A DNA stretch of 63,858 nt, counting the filler, from Octopus bimaculoides (taxonomy: Eukaryota), in NCBI RefSeq assembly GCF_001194135.2. It is 7 parts of 6 records of this genome, joined end to end, with 100 filler letters (N's around TTAATTAATTAA, not from the genome) between each part and the next. Parts side by side here need not be neighbours in the genome. Positions count along the whole stretch, not along the records: positions 15,926 to 29,870 come from NC_068997.1; positions 29,971 to 37,368 come from NC_068986.1; 5 more parts are not named here. One strand, written 5' to 3'. The notes under the pieces were generated by a model. It saw only the letters and a list, made by a program, of their open reading frames with translations. It did not search any database and had not been told where the DNA came from. Position numbers and translations under genes: made by a program. This document shows, piece after piece, positions 25,244 to 37,468 of this stretch; positions within the stretch are counted from its first letter, which is position 1; each line of letters begins with the position of its first letter.

Positions 25244-25833
25244 CGAGGGGTAGCCAAAAGTAACCGGAAACGTTTTCTGTAGGACAAACCCGTTATAGTT
25301 CGGGCTTCCGCCACTAGAAACCACGTGATGCGACCCTCAGGTATCAGTCTGCCGACTTGCGTCGTTGGTTTAACTCGTACTGCCACGCGGTGCGTCTTTG
25401 TTTTGCAGTGTTTCTCCCCTATTCGTTGATTTTTACGATTGCTGAAATGAAGGAACAGTGCTTTCATGAAATTCGGTTTCCTGCTTGCAGCAAAATTTGT
25501 GCCTCGCTTGCTCACGAAAGATGAAAAGCAGTCACGGCTGAATACGTGAACTGAAAGAACAGTTGGACCTCTTTTTTTCGAAGGTCATTACTGGTGACGA
25601 AAGCAGGTGCAACAGAATTTGCAGATGTGGAAGAGGCGCAGAAAAACACGACGGAGGCGTTAAAAAGCATCACTTCACATGATCTCCAGCACTGCTTCGA
25701 ATAGTGGAAAATTCGCCTGGACCGATGCATTGCTTCAAATGGAGAATGCATTTAAGGCGATAAAAGTGTGAACATGCAAAACTAAGAGAATAAGATATAT
25801 TGCAAAATTCCGGTTTCTCTTGGGTCTCCTTTC

Positions 25834-25834
<1 letters not shown>
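25244..25834 (+). mobile_element. Internally deleted mariner element
   Basis: Imperfect TIRs CGAGGGGTAGCCAAAAGTAACCGGAA and TTCCGGTTTCTCTTGGGTCTCCTTTCG-TA; peptides RLLTKDEKQSRLN, KVITGDES and FADVEEAQKNTTEALK...CFE*WKIRLDRCIASNG. Confidence 0.85.
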
Positions 25835-25870
<36 letters not shown>

Positions 25871-26833
25871 NNNNNNNNNNNNNNNNNNNNNNNNNNNNNN
25901 NNNNNNNNNNNNNNNNNNNNNNNNNNNNNNNNNNNNNNNNNNNNNNNNNNNNNNNNNNNNNNNNNNNNNNNNNNNNNNNNNNNNNNNNNNNNNNNNNNNN
26001 NNNNNNNNNNNNNNNNNNNNNNNNNNNNNNNNNNNNNNNNNNNNNNNNNNNNNNNNNNNNNNNNNNNNNNNNNNNNNNNNNNNNNNNNNNNNNNNNNNNN
26101 NNNNNNNNNNNNNNNNNNNNNNNNNNNNNNNNNNNNNNNNNNNNNNNNNNNNNNNNNNNNNNNNNNNNNNNNNNNNNNNNNNNNNNNNNNNNNNNNNNNN
26201 NNNNNNNNNNNNNNNNNNNNNNNNNNNNNNNNNNNNNNNNNNNNNNNNNNNNNNNNNNNNNNNNNNNNNNNNNNNNNNNNNNNNNNNNNNNNNNNNNNNN
26301 NNNNNNNNNNNNNNNNNNNNNNNNNNNNNNNNNNNNNNNNNNNNNNNNNNNNNNNNNNNNNNNNNNNNNNNNNNNNNNNNNNNNNNNNNNNNNNNNNNNN
26401 NNNNNNNNNNNNNNNNNNNNNNNNNNNNNNNNNNNNNNNNNNNNNNNNNNNNNNNNNNNNNNNNNNNNNNNNNNNNNNNNNNNNNNNNNNNNNNNNNNNN
26501 NNNNNNNNNNNNNNNNNNNNNNNNNNNNNNNNNNNNNNNNNNNNNNNNNNNNNNNNNNNNNNNNNNNNNNNNNNNNNNNNNNNNNNNNNNNNNNNNNNNN
26601 NNNNNNNNNNNNNNNNNNNNNNNNNNNNNNNNNNNNNNNNNNNNNNNNNNNNNNNNNNNNNNNNNNNNNNNNNNNNNNNNNNNNNNNNNNNNNNNNNNNN
26701 NNNNNNNNNNNNNNNNNNNNNNNNNNNNNNNNNNNNNNNNNNNNNNNNNNNNNNNNNNNNNNNNNNNNNNNNNNNNNNNNNNNNNNNNNNNNNNNNNNNN
26801 NNNNNNNNNNNNNNNNNNNNNNNNNNNNNNNNN

Positions 26834-26950
26834 NAACTTATTTTGGGGCTGTCAGAGGTTTGGTCTATATATTTCTTTGCTTCTCTTGATATCATTCCAA
26901 GTGTCCCAATAATAACACTAACACGATTTTTGTCTTTGGGTAGCAACTGT
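26834..26950 (-). mobile_element. Dong/R4-type C-terminal fragment
   Basis: VSVIIGTLGMISREAKKYIDQT parallels VPVIVGTLG (about 19880) and IPIIVGALGIIKK (about 58345). Confidence 0.6.
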
Positions 26951-28229
26951 TATTTCCAATGTGCTTACCCCTACAGAGTATAAAAAATATTTCTTTCAAG
27001 CGTTACTTTTATTCAAGCCCCAAAGAATCCCTCTCCCACGATTCCTGCTCATGATCAGAGATGCACTCATTGTCATCTACTAAGGGACATGCTCAAGTGG
27101 TTATGGTCAAGCAATTGATAAGCAAATCTGTGGCATTGAGCAGAATATTTGCTATAACTGTATTTCTGCCCCAGCAACGCAGTACTGAAACTGTCCTGTC
27201 TGAAATGTAATGGAAAATAATGTAGTTTTAAAACAAAAGTAAAGTGTGAAGGGAATAGTAGTCATTTCCTTTGATTTCTAGACAGAAACAAATAGAAAAT
27301 AACACTTTCTGACCAAAGACAAAAAAAAAAAAAGAAAAAAAGAAAAGAAATCTGTTATTCATTTGAGAACATTTCAAGTAAGTCAAATGGCTACATTATA
27401 GCTTCCTCATTAGCTCGGTCTTTTGCATTTCATATTGTATTTCATGCGCTGTTAAATCTCGTGCATGAACCGTTATCTAACTGCTATTAAAGTTGATGAA
27501 ATATTTAAATGATCTTCTTTCTCCAGAAACTTGTTTTCTATTTTCATTTCATGCAGTTCGAACTTCCTGTAAGCCTTACAAACAAAAAGTATTAAATGTC
27601 CCAACGAACAACAAAAATGAACAGTAAAAGTAAAATAAAATTTTTTAAATGATACAACTATCTGTAAAAGAAAGAGGTACATCACGTGATAAATATATAT
27701 ATACTGAAGTTTATTTTATATAGCTTTTATTGTTTAAAATTAAATAAAGATGATGAAAAAATAATAAAAGAAATTCAACAAAAGGCTCCGTTCAAAATGC
27801 CAGAAGAAAATAGCGAACACAAAACACACAAANNNNNNNNNNNNNNNNNNNNNNNNNNNNNNNNNNNNNNNNNNNNNNNNNNNNNNNNNNNNNNNNNNNN
27901 NNNNNNNNNNNNNNNNNNNNNNNNNNNNNNNNNNNNNNNNNNNNNNNNNNNNNNNNNNNNNNNNNNNNNNNNNNNNNNNNNNNNNNNNNNNNNNNNNNNN
28001 NNNNNNNNNNNNNNNNNNNNNNNNNNNNNNNNNNNNNNNNNNNNNNNNNNNNNNNNNNNNNNNNNNNNNNNNNNNNNNNNNNNNNNNNNNNNNNNNNNNN
28101 NNNNNNNNNNNNNNNNNNNNNNNNNNNNNNNNNNNNNNNNNNNNNNNNNNNNNNNNNNNNNNNNNNNNNNNNNNNNNNNNNNNNNNNNNNNNNNNNNNNN
28201 NNNNNNNNNNNNNNNNNNNNNNNNNNNNN

Positions 28230-28314
28230 ACTGGACAGAAGCCGCCGCGTTCACCTCGTTGACAACATTCTCAAGGAAATCATCGCCAAAGCCTGATGGA
28301 ACATTTACCTCATT
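28230..28314 (-). CDS. Candidate host-gene coding exon, 3' part lost in gap; product unknown
   Basis: Minus strand has a polypyrimidine tract TTCTATTCTTTTCTGTTTCCTTTTTAACTCACCAG, then an open phase-0 frame NEVNVPSGFGDDFLENVVNEVNAAASVQ with strong G bias at codon position 1. Confidence 0.5.
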
Positions 28315-28462
28315 CTGGTGAGTTAAAAAGGAAACAGAAAAGAATAGAATATATAAAGTTATATATCTGAAATGATTGCATTGATTGTTGTTGTCATAGA
28401 AAATATGCAACATTTTTTCAGAATTTATTGTCTTATGTTGATACAAATCGAATACTTATATA

Positions 28463-29318
28463 CAAGACGGTATCAAGAAGTTCCTGGACTAGTTATGTTT
28501 TATCAGAAATAACTTATTTATCAAAAATTTAGCATCATCACATTCGAAATAGTTACCTTGTGCAGCAATACACCGGTCCCAGTGTTCCTGACACTTTTGG
28601 AATCCAGTCTGGAAGTCGTTTTCCATCAGCAAGTCAAGGACCTTCTGCGATTCGATTTTGATCTCGACAACGGTGTTAAAAGGACGATCTTGGGGAAGGT
28701 GCTAAAACTGGCGAATAGGGCAGGGGTGGAAGCGATACCATGTTACTTTTGACAAAAAACTCACGAGGGAAGAAAGCTCGATGAAAGATCCAATCATCTG
28801 TGCTCCACAGATCCAGTCGGTTTTGCCAAATGTTCTCCTTTAAACACTTTCAAACGTTACACTAGAACTTTCGATTGACAGTCTGGCCCAGGAGGACAAA
28901 TTCTCGATGCACAATACAACATTTCCGGGGTTGACGCTCGTGGCAGGTCTTCCAGATCACTCGTCTTCCAGGTATGTTCTTCTGCTTTTGAAATGCCTTT
29001 GCCAATTGAAATATTACGTACTACCCAGTGCCTAGTCACCGTAAGCTTGCCGAAGCGTATTCAATGTCTCTCAAGTTTAATGTAAAATTTCATGTTGTCT
29101 CACTGTTTCAACCTCCTGTCCACGACAAAATCGCAATACTATAATATACACTTGATCACAAAAACACAAATTTTACAATTTTCGAAGTAAACACAGTGAT
29201 GTCACTCGGTAGTCTGCCTCTTGAAGGTCACTGCTAGCTCTCACTGCTCATGCAACTGTGTGCTGCCATCTGTTGGCGCGCTACAGAACTAGCCCAAGAA
29301 CTTTTTGATATCACCTCA
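28463..29318 (-). mobile_element. Internally deleted mariner element
   Basis: TIRs TA-CAAGACGGTATCAAGAAGTTCCTGGACTAGTT and AACTAGCCCAAGAACTTTTTGATATCACCTCA-TA; minus-strand FNTVVEIKIESQKVLD...FQKCQEHWDRCIAAQGNYFE. Confidence 0.9.
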
Positions 29319-29375
29319 TATGTCTGTCTGTCTGTCTGTCTGTATGTATGTATGTATGTAAGTATGTATGTGTTT

Positions 29376-29412
<37 letters not shown>

Positions 29413-29643
29413 TTGCATTTATGTAAGCATGTTTACATGAATGCATGCATATATGTGAACGCGTTTTCGCATATATTTTTATATATGTATGAATGTATGC
29501 ACATGTTTATGTATATATGCATGCGTATGAATGTATGTATGTATGTATGTATGTATGTATGCATGCATGTATGTAAGTATGTATGTATGCATGTATGTAT
29601 GTAGCTTTATACATACATGCATACATACATACATATATATATG

Positions 29644-29687
<44 letters not shown>

Positions 29688-29839
29688 AACTTTGTTTGTA
29701 GATTAACAAGGCAACCAATGGTTTCATGTAGATAATCTCCACAATTCTTCATGCGATTCACTCAAGGAAGTTGGTATTTGTTTCCGCTTTGAATGAGAAT
29801 ATACAACATTATGTGCAGCAATATGGAACTTCAAAATAC

Positions 29840-29870
<31 letters not shown>

Positions 29871-29970
29871 NNNNNNNNNNNNNNNNNNNNNNNNNNNNNN
29901 NNNNNNNNNNNNNNTTAATTAATTAANNNNNNNNNNNNNNNNNNNNNNNNNNNNNNNNNNNNNNNNNNNN

Positions 29971-30024
<54 letters not shown>

Positions 30025-30429
30025 GGGATAAAGATCCAAATTTACAGGTAAAAACTCAAATTCAATGTATGAAAAATTAAAATTAAATTAAGTTTCACAG
30101 TATATAATATATAAATATATAATTTAGAGAAAAGAACCAAAGTTCATGAACTCATCCATGAAAATCCACAGGCACATATAGAAAAAAATTAATAAGTAAA
30201 TACACGATAAATAAGTATAATAAAATACAAAGTAAAAATCATAAAAATAATATAATAAAACGACTACACGTGTTTCAGAACCAAGTTTTCAAATAGAAAA
30301 TAAAATATAATCAAATCGATTAAATCGATCAAAAATCAATTCTAGGAGTATTCTCCAGCACATATTCCACAGTCGACTATAGGCCCAAGATCCAACATAG
30401 GGAAGGTTCCAAGTGTGGTGAAGTATAAA

Positions 30430-30930
30430 CAATAACACAGATGGGTTGATGTTCACTACAGCTGTTTCAGACATGTTCTTTATTGATGAACAAAAATATT
30501 ACATGATGTGAAAAAACATTTTCTTCAGATGAATTAAGAGTAAAATTTAACACTTAGGTGTTTTCACAGGAATAGAACATAATGCAATTTGGGAGGATCA
30601 ACATGCATTATGTTCTATTTATGTGAAAACACCTAAGTGTTAAATTTTACTCTTAATTCACCTGAAGAAAACAGTTTTTTACATCATGTAATATTTTTTC
30701 CTTAAGGAAAAGGTGGAGGAGGAGATTGGGAGGGTTGGCTTGAGAAGGGAGGACGCCCAAAACTGGGCAAGATGGCAAGATGGCAAGATGGTGTGAGGGC
30801 GGTTGCTATGGCATTGAGGTAGATCCAGCCACCCCCGTTAACAGAGACAAAACCCGGATTAAAAATGATGGATGATGATGCAAGAACGTCTGAAACAGCT
30901 GTAGTGAACCTCAACCCATCTGTGTTATTG
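30430..30930. mobile_element. Fold-back element with an RTE fragment in its right arm
   Basis: Inner arms 30492-30586 and 30604-30699 are near-perfect inverted repeats; outer arms about 30430-30478 and 30883-30930. Confidence 0.85.
30700..30880 (+). mobile_element. RTE-clade LINE 3' end
   Basis: KEKVEEEIGRVGLRREDAQNWARW..GVRAVAMALR* with a (GAT)n tail. Confidence 0.7.
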
Positions 30931-30940
30931 CATGTGTGCG

Positions 30941-31030
30941 TGGAGGCGTGTGGCTTAGTGATTAGGGTATTGGACTCATGACTGTAAGATTTTGATTTTT
31001 ATTCCTGGACTAGGTGATGCATTGTGTTCT
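30941..31030 (+). mobile_element. tRNA-like SINE head truncated by gap
   Basis: GGAGGCGTGTGGCTTAGTGATTAGGG...ATTCCTGGAC. Confidence 0.6.
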
Positions 31031-31693
31031 NNNNNNNNNNNNNNNNNNNNNNNNNNNNNNNNNNNNNNNNNNNNNNNNNNNNNNNNNNNNNNNNNNNNNN
31101 NNNNNNNNNNNNNNNNNNNNNNNNNNNNNNNNNNNNNNNNNNNNNNNNNNNNNNNNNNNNNNNNNNNNNNNNNNNNNNNNNNNNNNNNNNNNNNNNNNNN
31201 NNNNNNNNNNNNNNNNNNNNNNNNNNNNNNNNNNNNNNNNNNNNNNNNNNNNNNNNNNNNNNNNNNNNNNNNNNNNNNNNNNNNNNNNNNNNNNNNNNNN
31301 NNNNNNNNNNNNNNNNNNNNNNNNNNNNNNNNNNNNNNNNNNNNNNNNNNNNNNNNNNNNNNNNNNNNNNNNNNNNNNNNNNNNNNNNNNNNNNNNNNNN
31401 NNNNNNNNNNNNNNNNNNNNNNNNNNNNNNNNNNNNNNNNNNNNNNNNNNNNNNNNNNNNNNNNNNNNNNNNNNNNNNNNNNNNNNNNNNNNNNNNNNNN
31501 NNNNNNNNNNNNNNNNNNNNNNNNNNNNNNNNNNNNNNNNNNNNNNNNNNNNNNNNNNNNNNNNNNNNNNNNNNNNNNNNNNNNNNNNNNNNNNNNNNNN
31601 NNNNNNNNNNNNNNNNNNNNNNNNNNNNNNNNNNNNNNNNNNNNNNNNNNNNNNNNNNNNNNNNATATATATATATATACATACATATATATA

Positions 31694-31950
31694 CAGTAAT
31701 CCCTCGACTATTGTGGGTTATAAGTTCCAAAACGGCCACATGATAGGTGAAAATCCATGAAATGTTGTACTGTATATATTTTCTTATTATTTTAATAATT
31801 TGTATATATTTATTTTATCATAAATGCAAAACAACACCAGACACTCGCCTACCGAGTTTTGTTTCCCATGTTTCTTTGTTTACTCATCTACAGTACAGTC
31901 CATATTTTCTTTTAATATATCTTAATTAATGTGTTATATAGTGCAGTACA
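31694..31950 (+). mobile_element. Tigger/pogo-like fragment
   Basis: TA-CAGTAATCCCTCGACTATTGTGG is a Tigger-like terminus; the other end was not found. Confidence 0.5.
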
Positions 31951-31980
31951 TATATATATATATGTGTGTATATATGTATA

Positions 31981-32185
31981 TTCTTTTATTTGTTTTAGTC
32001 ATTTGACTGCGGCCATGCTGGAGCACTGCCTTTAGTCGAACAAATCGGCCCCAGGACGTATTCTTTGTAAACCTAGTACTTATTCTATCGGTTTCTTTTG
32101 CTGAACCTCTAAGTTACAGAGACATGACCACACCAGCATCGGTTGTCAAGCGATGGTGGGGGGACAAACACAGACATATAAACAC
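31981..32185 (-). mobile_element. SINE A' body
   Basis: GTCATTTGACTGCGGCCATGCTGGAGCAC...GGGGGACAAACACAG followed by (CA)n. Confidence 0.9.
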
Positions 32186-32200
32186 TCTCTCTCTCACACA

Positions 32201-32254
<54 letters not shown>

Positions 32255-32255
<1 letters not shown>

Positions 32256-32372
32256 TAATAGTTATTGCCAAGCCAACATGGCAGACCAAAAAATAGGATG
32301 AATGCTGCCGTTGATTAGCTCCAAGAGGCCATCGCCTCTAGCTAGCTATGTGACACACGAACCAAACTCTGA
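32255..32372. repeat. Single arm of the fold-back family seen at 54595-55785
   Basis: GAATGCTGCCGTTGATTAGCTCCAAGAGGCCATCGCCTCTAGCTAGCTATGTGACACACGAACC. Confidence 0.85.
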
Positions 32373-33039
32373 ATTTTGATTAGGATCAACCAATTAGCTT
32401 ATCTTGTAAATTAAAGAAGCTGATGTTATTTGGAATTAAAGTTGGGAAATTTGGGTAATTTTAGCCAATCAATAGACAGCGTGATATTAGCAGCTTGTTA
32501 CCTTGACAACTGCATGCTGTGTTGTGATTCACTGTTGTCTGTGCCGCTGTTGTCTATTTTGATTTTTCATACTTGATTCTTCACACCATGAGAATTTTAA
32601 TTTTTCTGTATTAGTATATTACATATTTTTCTGTGTGTTAGCATTTTTACATATTTTTCATTTCATATATTTTTGGGACTTATTGACTCAGATAGTTGGA
32701 TTTATGATTTCACTAGGTTAATTCTGTTCATAAAAATCTAAATTAGGATCATTTCTTAAACCGTTAGCTTCACATTTCAACAGCTTAACTGAAATTTAGC
32801 CCTCGTAACAGGAACTGAGAGGGATATCGTGGAACAGAGAAACTGTGGGTGATACAGATAATTTGACATTATTTTTCAATTCAGCATGCAAAGATGTATA
32901 AGATACAGGTATCCATTTCCTTGGTACAAATTTTTTGTTGATCAGTGTTATTCTTATCGTAGTTTACAAATCCAAGCATGAAAATGTTACTCAACTTTGG
33001 AGTTTGTGAGACAGACACCCCCTTCACACACACAAACAC

Positions 33040-33136
<97 letters not shown>

Positions 33137-33927
33137 AATGCATAAATGTACGTATAAACTTATATATGAATACATACATCCACATACTCTTATATTATTA
33201 ATGATGTACACAAAAACATGACTGGTATACATAATACTGAAATACACATAAAGTAAACACATACAAATATATTAATATAACAAATTTTTAAAATAATAAA
33301 AACATACAATCAATGAAGAGACAAAAGAAACATGAAGATGATACATGTTGATTTTATTAGTTGTTTCTGTTTATTTAGAAACCTACAATGAACAAGGTCA
33401 TGTTACAGATGCTAAACTATAAATTTCACAGGGTACAACCTTCAAGTTGACACCACTCTGCTAACTGTAGAAAATTTCTGTTTTGCTGTTGGCTAAAAAT
33501 ACAGTTTTTCTGATCTTTAAACCTCTGTAACTGTTTCCTCCAATTTTTTTCTCCACAACATCATGCCATCATAGCAATGAAACTGGAAGACTACATTATT
33601 ATAGTCGATTTTCAGATTTTTTACTTCCTTTTAAACAATGCATATTTTGCAAATGAAAAAAACTAGATCCCAATAAGATAATCTACCGAAACAATAACAG
33701 AAATAACAATATCAATAACCATGGAGTAATAATAAAACAATAAGAGGGTTATGGCCCCAATACTGGATGAAAGTTTAAAAAAATTAAAGTTAGAGTAAAA
33801 TATTAAAATCTTAAAAGAATAAAACAGGATAAATAAAATTTAAAAAAATTAAAAAGTTTTTTTTAAATTATAGAAACAAGTTTTTTAAGTTTTAAAATAA
33901 TTTAAAACCCATGGATATATATATATT

Positions 33928-34137
33928 CTTTTATTCTTTTACTTGTTTCAGCCATTTGACTGCGCCCATGCTGGAGCACTGTTTTAGTCAAACAAATCGA
34001 GCTCAGGACTTATTCTTTGTAAGCCTAGTACTTAAATCGTCAGCCTATTTTGCCAAACTGCTAAGTTTTGGGAACATAAACACACCAACATCGGTTGTCA
34101 AGTGATGGTAGGGGGACAAACACAGAGACACGAATAC

Positions 34138-34189
<52 letters not shown>

Positions 34190-34340
34190 GACTCCTTTCA
34201 GTTTCCATCTACCAAATCCACTCACAAGGCTTTGGTTGGCCCAAGGCTATAGTAGAAGACACTTACCCAAGGTACCATACAGTGGGAACGAATCCAGAGC
34301 CATGTGGTTGGGAAGCAAGCTTCTTACCACATAGTCACTT
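33928..34340 (-). mobile_element. Full bipartite SINE B/A'
   Basis: A' body 33928-34135, TA tract, B head about 34186-34340, in one orientation. Confidence 0.9.
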
Positions 34341-34369
34341 GTGCACCTTTGTGTGTGTGCGTATCGCCT

Positions 34370-34642
34370 CTGCATCTGCCCTATTTGCAAGATTTAGCAC
34401 CTGCAGACTTCCATCTCTTCCCCAAGAGGAAAATGCAATTCAAAAGTCACCGTTTTAACACCATTGTCGAGGTCAAGAGTGAATCACAGAAGACCCTCAA
34501 CTTGCTTATAACAAACAACTTCCAGACTGGATTCTAAAAGTGGCAGGAACACTGGGACTTTTTCAAAGGAGATGTTAAAACTTAGGTAAATAAGTTATTT
34601 TTATTAAGCATAACTAGTTCTGGAACTTTTTGATACCACCTT
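34370..34642 (+). mobile_element. mariner 3' fragment, same family as 28463-29318
   Basis: HLPYLQDLAPADFHLFPK...HRFNTIVEVKSESQK; right TIR AACTAGTTCTGGAACTTTTTGATACCACCTTG-TA. Confidence 0.85.
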
Positions 34643-34659
34643 GTATATATACAAAACTT

Positions 34660-35580
34660 GGGTTGATCAATCATAGTAGAAACACAACTAAAGCTAGTCA
34701 ACTCCCTAGATGTTATCCTCTCTCTGGAATCAAGTATAAGTCATACAAGAAAGATAACAGAAAAATTCAGAATATGCATAAACAAGCCAACCGTCCCCAA
34801 AACAATCTCAAACTTACCTTTTTATCTTCAAATGAAAAATACTAAATGAAATAGCAACTCCATATAACAAACTTCTCAATGATAGCAGTTAAAAGAAAAA
34901 GTGCAATGTTTAAACAGCAATCCTCCCACAATAAATAAAATACATAAGAATAAAAAAAAAAGGAATATTATCTGGTGTAATCTCCTCTTCAACATATAAG
35001 TCTCCACACCAATAACTAAATTATTTTTCAAAATAATGCAGAAACACTTCCACCCAGCCACAAATATTACAAACTAATAAACAAACACACCGTTAAATTG
35101 TCATACTCCACTACCAACAACTTTGAAAAAACTGCAACCAACAAAGATTGTCTAAAATTGAAAACCTAAACCACATGCACAATAACAATTGAAATTGTAA
35201 AACACCTTCACCCTGCCTTCTAAAGGAAACTGCCTCTCAAGAAATATTGTATATAGCACAATGGTAACCACAAACATGACACTAACTACTATATCTACAT
35301 ACAAAAGAACAATTGCAAACCAGTTCAAGAAATGATACAACCAACACATGCACACATTTTGCAAACCAAACTAGAAACATCACTATCTAAATATATGCGG
35401 CAATTAAAATAAAAAAACACCACATTAAGCATCAAATGGAAAATACTCTCACATGTACAACTATACCAAGGTAATAACAAACTTTGTACAAATGAATCCA
35501 ACCACATTCTAACATTTATGGACCAAATCCTGCACTGAAAGACCAAACTAGTCTCCTCATGCATGCACAAAATCTTAAAA
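34660..35580 (+). mobile_element. Penelope-like GIY-YIG relic
   Basis: RNIIWCNLLFNI..TKLFFKI..KHF, NKHTVKLSYSTTNN, GNCLSRNIVYS, TSLSKY...SIKWKIL; many stops. Confidence 0.75.
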
Positions 35581-36753
35581 ACACTAAAACACTACAAGCC
35601 AATAATCTTTTCTAATGGCTAAACTTGTTAATATATCACCAACTCCTTTCCATCCACTTACACCATAAACCATCCCCATAATATGAAAAAAAACCCCACA
35701 GCTTTACATTTTTACATCAAACAAGTACTCTAGATATTATCTAAAAACTTTCCTAACTCCAACTAAAATCTCTACAAACGATTTTCTAATATAACTACAC
35801 AAACCCACATACACCCACATAAAATACATACTTGTATGCAAGAAAACTGAAAGAATCGTTTCCTGTATCTTTTTTATTTTATCTTTATTAAATTATATAT
35901 TTTTGTTCCCACTTTTATAAATGTATATATACACACTTTCTATATCAACCCCACAAAAGTGGGACTGATGTAGAAGGTGTGCATATACCTAGAATAGAAT
36001 TTGAAGAAAAACAAACTATACCTTCACAAAATAGGAAGTTTAAAATCTCCATATTCAAATTACTTATAGAACAATGAATACCTAAAGATAAACATAAACA
36101 TTTACTGAGATACCTTTGTGAACATTAAAGTACAAGAGAAACAACTTTTTATACTAACAGAGCCATGATGTGCCTGACAAATAACACCAAACTTATAAAT
36201 GAAAACAAGAAATACCCTAAATAACAACAACATCAAAAAAGCAAAGAAACGACCAGCCTAAACTTACCACCTACTTACATTTTATTGTACCTTTGACCTT
36301 TACACTATCAAAGCAAAGGGATTAAATCCAATAATTCTGAAAGTAACAAAAATACTGTCACATCTTGTACCTACCTAACAAAAGAGAAACACCTATAAGG
36401 TTGTTTACAAAGTTCTATATGCATGAATAAATTCTAAAGATTAGCATGACCCCAAATTTAATCAATTAAAATTTTTCCAAAACACCTTCCCATAACAACC
36501 AACTACAAAAACCTAATTACCACCTCACTCAAACCCACACACGCAAACATGATTTTAAACTCAACAGAGACAATACAAACTCTTATGCATTGCAGTCCAA
36601 CAATGGCTTGGCTCACAAAAACTTCAAAGTCACTGTCAACGACATTTTTGTATAAGAATAACAAATTTATACTCTACAAAAGTATAGAGCGACCCATCAG
36701 TTTAATGTAAAATTGTTTTTATTATAACTGAGCATATAAACAAACATAGTATA

Positions 36754-36791
<38 letters not shown>

Positions 36792-36966
36792 CATATATGT
36801 GTGTGTGTGTGTGTATGTGTGTGTGCATGCGTGTGTGTGTGTGTGTATACTTAGGGCATTGTAGATGAGTTCTGCAAAAATTTAGATTCAAGTGAATATG
36901 GTACTTAAGTTTAGGCACCAGAATTTAATACGGTATTATCCATACAATTTCAAAGTAAGGTGATTA

Positions 36967-37330
36967 AAATCAAAATAAGCAACAAGGATATCCAAGGGTA
37001 ATGCAGTACGATCGTAGCAATCCTCAGCTTCACAAAAACATAGAATTTAATTAAATTAGGACAGATGGACACATTATTATAATTATACCTAAAATCTCCA
37101 AGAAGTTAAGGTGATAGACAAAAAACATCTTGCTTCAACTACACCATGGAAGATATAATTATAATAATGTGTCCATCTGTTCTAATTTGATTAAATTCTA
37201 TGTTTTTGTGCAGTTGGGGATTGCTTTGCATTTTAAATTGATGTAATGATTACATTGTTCAATTAAATGGAGTTGCATGAAACAATCATACTGCATTACC
37301 CCTGGATATCCTTGCTGCTTATTTTGATTT
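36967..37330. mobile_element. Fold-back element with an asymmetric insert
   Basis: AAATCAAAATAAGCAACAAGGATATCC...GATGGACACATTATTATAATTATA is mirrored by TATAATTATAATAATGTGTCCATC...GGATATCCTTGCTGCTTATTTTGATTT. Confidence 0.85.
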
Positions 37331-37468
37331 ATATAAATATATATACATATGTATATATATATATATATNNNNNNNNNNNNNNNNNNNNNNNNNNNNNNNN
37401 NNNNNNNNNNNNTTAATTAATTAANNNNNNNNNNNNNNNNNNNNNNNNNNNNNNNNNNNNNNNNNNNN

